A DNA stretch of 64,000 bases, from NCBI RefSeq assembly GCF_964355755.1, contig NC_092671.1, forward strand, positions 20,398,001 through 20,462,000, given 5' to 3'. The notes beneath the pieces were generated by a model. That model was given only the letters and a program-made list of their open reading frames with translations, searched no databases and was not told the DNA's origin. This document shows, in pieces, positions 60,380 through 64,000 of the stretch. This stretch comes from Antedon mediterranea. Lineage: Eukaryota; Animalia; Echinodermata. Each line of letters opens with the position of its first letter. Within the stretch, counting starts at the first letter, position 1. Both the position numbers and the translations under genes were made by a program.

Positions 60380-61050
60380 GATATAGGTGCTTCTCTAGTA
60401 TCTTAATCTAACTGATTCCACATGGTTAATGGGAACAATGCGTTGGAAATACAATTTATGTGATTCAGTATGACCATAGATTGAGGTCAACAACAGATGA
60501 TCTTGTTGCACGACCATTATTGTCTCCGGAAAATGTAACGTAATCCTTGATATTAAGATCATTAATGTTAAGCAAGCATTGATGGAAGTAGTTAACATCC
60601 ATATATTCTCTTCTATATGATAGGGGCAGTAAATTGAGCAAGGTTAGACGTTCTTTGTAATCTTGATCTGACTAAATCAAAATGTATTTGGTAGCTTTAC
60701 GCTGTACACTTTCCAAACGTTGCATGTTACATTTGGATGTGCCACTCCACAATGAGCTAGCATACGCAAGGTTGGTTCTAACCAGGGAGGTGAATAACGT
60801 CCTAGTAATACTGATAGGGGCATTGTAACCCATAGCCCGTTTAATCATACCAAGTTTGCGATTACATTTAGAGACAACTTTGGTGACGTGCTCATTCGAT
60901 TTAAGATGATTAGATATTTCGATCCCCAGATCATTGATACAATCAGGTCTAGCGAGACAAATACCTTTCATCCTGTAGTCATATATTACAGGGTTTCGTT
61001 TTCTAGTAATAGATATTATTTGAAATTTAGAAGGATTTAAACATAGATCC
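60380..61050 (-). pseudogene. CR1-like LINE RT C-terminal relic
   Basis: LNPSKFQII..DLGIEIS..KCNRKLGMIKR..SLVRTNLAYASSLWS..LESVQRKATKYI. Confidence 0.8.
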
Positions 61051-61079
61051 AAAATTCTGTACGACAAGTAAAGGTGTTA

Positions 61080-61790
61080 CAAATAATAATCAACGCAATA
61101 TGCGGACGATACAATTGTCATTCTCGATATTCGAAAGAGTCTATTTTGAGCACTATGAAAGTTCGTAAAAATGTTGCCAATATTTCTGGATTAAAAATAA
61201 ATCAAGATAAATAAAAGTGATGTGTATAGGATCGGATAAACATATACTAAATAAATTTGAAGAGGATAACAAACTAAACAAAAGGTCCAACACTCTTACT
61301 TGGAGTTAAATTTACACTTGATCCTTCGAATCTGTTTACTCTGAACCTATTGACAAAATTAAAACGCTTACAACATTTGGTCCGCAGGAAATCTCACCCC
61401 AATTCGCAAGATAACGATAATTAAGACATTAATAGTGCCCATGCTTACTTTCTTGTTTACTGTGAAAGCCAATCCACATATCATTTTTCTTTTCATTTTG
61501 AATTGCAAATCGGATGAAATAAAAATAATACAACAATAGAAAAAAAAAAGGGGGGGGGGGGAAAGATTAAAATGGTCCATGTAGAGTCGTTTTGCTACTA
61601 CGCACAGAAAGTATCATGGGTAAAACGCTTTCTAGATGAAAACAGGGGTCGTTGGAAAGTCATATGGCGAGACTTTTTACATCCTGCTGGGGGTAATTTG
61701 ATTTGGTATTTAATATATCACATAATAACTCAATTCTTAATAGAATAAGTGACAGTTTGTTTTTTAAAAATGTTGAAGAAAAAAATAGCT
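61080..61790 (+). pseudogene. L1/Tx1-like LINE RT relic
   Basis: QYADDT, SGLKINQDK, LTPIRKITIIKTL and KVSWVKRFL across frameshifts. Confidence 0.7.
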
Positions 61791-61899
61791 AGCCTCAATG
61801 CAGTTCTGGCTTTACAATATTTTTCCTATATCATATATCGCTTACATGCAGATTTTCTTTTTCGATTTTGCATAATACTTTCGAAGGTTTGTAAGAATG

Positions 61900-62470
61900 A
61901 GTAATATTAATCTTTGGGACATATTAGAAAGAGCCTCATTTTATTTTTTAATAAAGGTATTCCAAGCCTGATTAATGGGTTTATCAAGGATAACCTTCCA
62001 ATTTTGGGCCTGGAAGAATGAGTTTATAGGACAAAAATTAGCTTTGGAATAATTAGAATCAACTTTAAACGAGCATTCACTCTCTAGCTTGAAATAAAAC
62101 ATCAGAACCATGGTCACTTGCACCAATTGGAGAAAGAAAATATACTCTTTCAACCTCAAGTTCATTTTCAGTAAGAATAAAATCAAGCAAAGAGGGATTG
62201 TCACTACCACAGGCTATCATAAAATCATTCATATGTTGATAAAGAAAATTGTCAGAGCAAACGTCATAGAAAAGTTGCTGTTCGGTATTAGGACAACCCA
62301 AAACACAGTGATTCTACCAGTGGATCTCTTTGATATTTAAGTCACCTGTAATAATTAACTGGTCATGATTTGTGCCACGAATTTTAGAAATAGTGTTTTT
62401 AACCGAAAGGTTATATTCAGCAAGAGAATTTGGAAGACGATAAAGGCAGGCTAAAATCAAATTGTCCCTC
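61900..62470 (-). pseudogene. CR1-like LINE apurinic endonuclease relic
   Basis: CLYRLPNS, IITGDLN, PSLLDFILT and PIGASDH motifs. Confidence 0.7.
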
Positions 62471-62512
62471 AATTATCTTGTCAATTTTTCAGAGTATATT
62501 CTGTATAGTTAA

Positions 62513-63138
62513 AGACCCCTTCCCTGCAATTTTGGACGTTTTTTGGAAAATAATACATATATATCACTTTAAAAACATTAAACCATGTCATTCCTTGTCT
62601 TAAATGTATGTTTTATGGTAAATTATGATAAAAAGTGAGAAACAATGCACTACCTAAGTAGCTCGCGGCGATCGACCTCTCGTGGACGGTCTCAGGCCTA
62701 GCCTAGCTAGGCTTAGTTTTGTAGGCCTAGCTGGTAAACATCGGTAACGTACGAACATCGTACGCTAGCTATATACCTAGCCTGACGTTGTATAGTTGCT
62801 GCATTAATTGTCTTTCTATTTTTGCCAGACTCCGTTGATACAAATTGGGGAAAACCCGGTATTTTCGCTGAAAAGTTAGGAGTCTTCCATTTGTTTTGGC
62901 TTCACGATCGATCGAAAAGTGGGCGAATTACAGGTGAAAAACAAAAATATCAATCCGCGCGCAATGCATTTTGGGATTTATAGCGGGCCGCTATAATTAT
63001 TAAAATCGATTTATTTTTCACATTTTTAACCGTTTAAAGACGAAAAAAGTTATCGCAATAGGACCATATAGTATTATTTTTACATTAAATATAGTTTGTG
63101 ATCTTAAATTAGATCTAAAAAACGTAGGGAATGGGGCT
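62513..63138. mobile_element. Kolobok-like non-autonomous element
   Basis: TTAA TSD; imperfect TIR AGACCCCTTCCCTGCA / CGTAGGGAATGGGGCT. Confidence 0.65.
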
Positions 63139-63413
63139 TTAACAAAATGGTGAAAATATGTTAAATTTTAAAATTAGAAAAAAAATCAGAATTCACGTGA
63201 ACCGTATTTTCATTTGTATGACGTATCATATGTATTGACTCCGGACCCAGCATTGCTGAGCTCCGGAAACAAGTAAACAAGTAAACAAGTAAATGACTTA
63301 TTATAAAATTAAGAGAAAAAAGTTGATTTTTTTTCATCATTAATTACAAATAAACAATTTTTTAATTTCGATAAACAAACTATGACATTTTCTTGGACCG
63401 AAATAACAAACAT

Positions 63414-64000
63414 TAGCTAGGTTCACATTCAGAAATTATCATGAGTTTCTTTATCATGATGTTCTATATGAACCTGCAGGAAGTCGTTAACGTGATCTTG
63501 TTTATCAAGTTAATTCCAGCTAACATTCTCTCACCATTATATGCAGAGACGAAATTCAACCAATCAGCGCTTGGTTATTTACTGCGTCATCGGCCACCCA
63601 CCGGAAGAAGTCACCATTGTTGTAGTTTTGATTTCTTTGCCAGCTTCAACAAGTTGTTTTTGTTTTCTTAGGTTTAACCCACTATATTGTTTCGGACATC
63701 ATACATCAAGTTAGTAAGACGATTAAAGAATGAAATATCGAAATCGGGAGAACGAACCAGAAATTAATGTGAAACATTGTGAGACTATTTCAAAAGCTAG
63801 CCTAGACCGTCGAACCTACACTCGATCCACCACAAAGGCATGCACGACCTTACGAAAAGGCAGACACTTCTGCTATTTGCATGCAAGCCGCAACTTGTAT
63901 TATTTTGTAAACTATTGATTGTAAACCACGAAATGGATAATAAAATATCGTTGTGATGCATGTGTAGATGATTTCATATTCTTCAAATTAATTTATAGAC
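63414..64000 (+). mobile_element. Harbinger-like element (family of 13876-15579), runs off the window
   Basis: TAGCTAGGTTCACATTCAGAAATTATC start; reverse-complement homology to 14610-15175. Confidence 0.7.

Overview
AT-rich, repeat-dense metazoan genomic DNA, probably an invertebrate deuterostome such as an echinoderm (a guess). The minus strand carries 35 GT-AG exons (58571 down to 10004) that splice in frame into about 17.5 consecutive CUB domains. By recalled similarity these correspond to CUB7-CUB24 of cubilin (CUBN), and the gene runs off both sides of the exon block. The introns and the exon-free first 10 kb are packed with nested, mostly non-autonomous transposons: a pogo/Tigger relic with a spliceable intron and a PIP box, two Academ-type elements, Helitron and Helentron-type elements, Harbinger, hAT, Kolobok and Tigger MITEs, and LINE and Penelope relics. 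The most notable signals are three minimal hammerhead-ribozyme motifs. Two of them sit in (TA)n-embedded composites together with a tRNA-Asp-like cloverleaf. A head-to-tail Helentron-type array shares one body but has swapped, co-varying termini. All calls are by eye; no searches were run.
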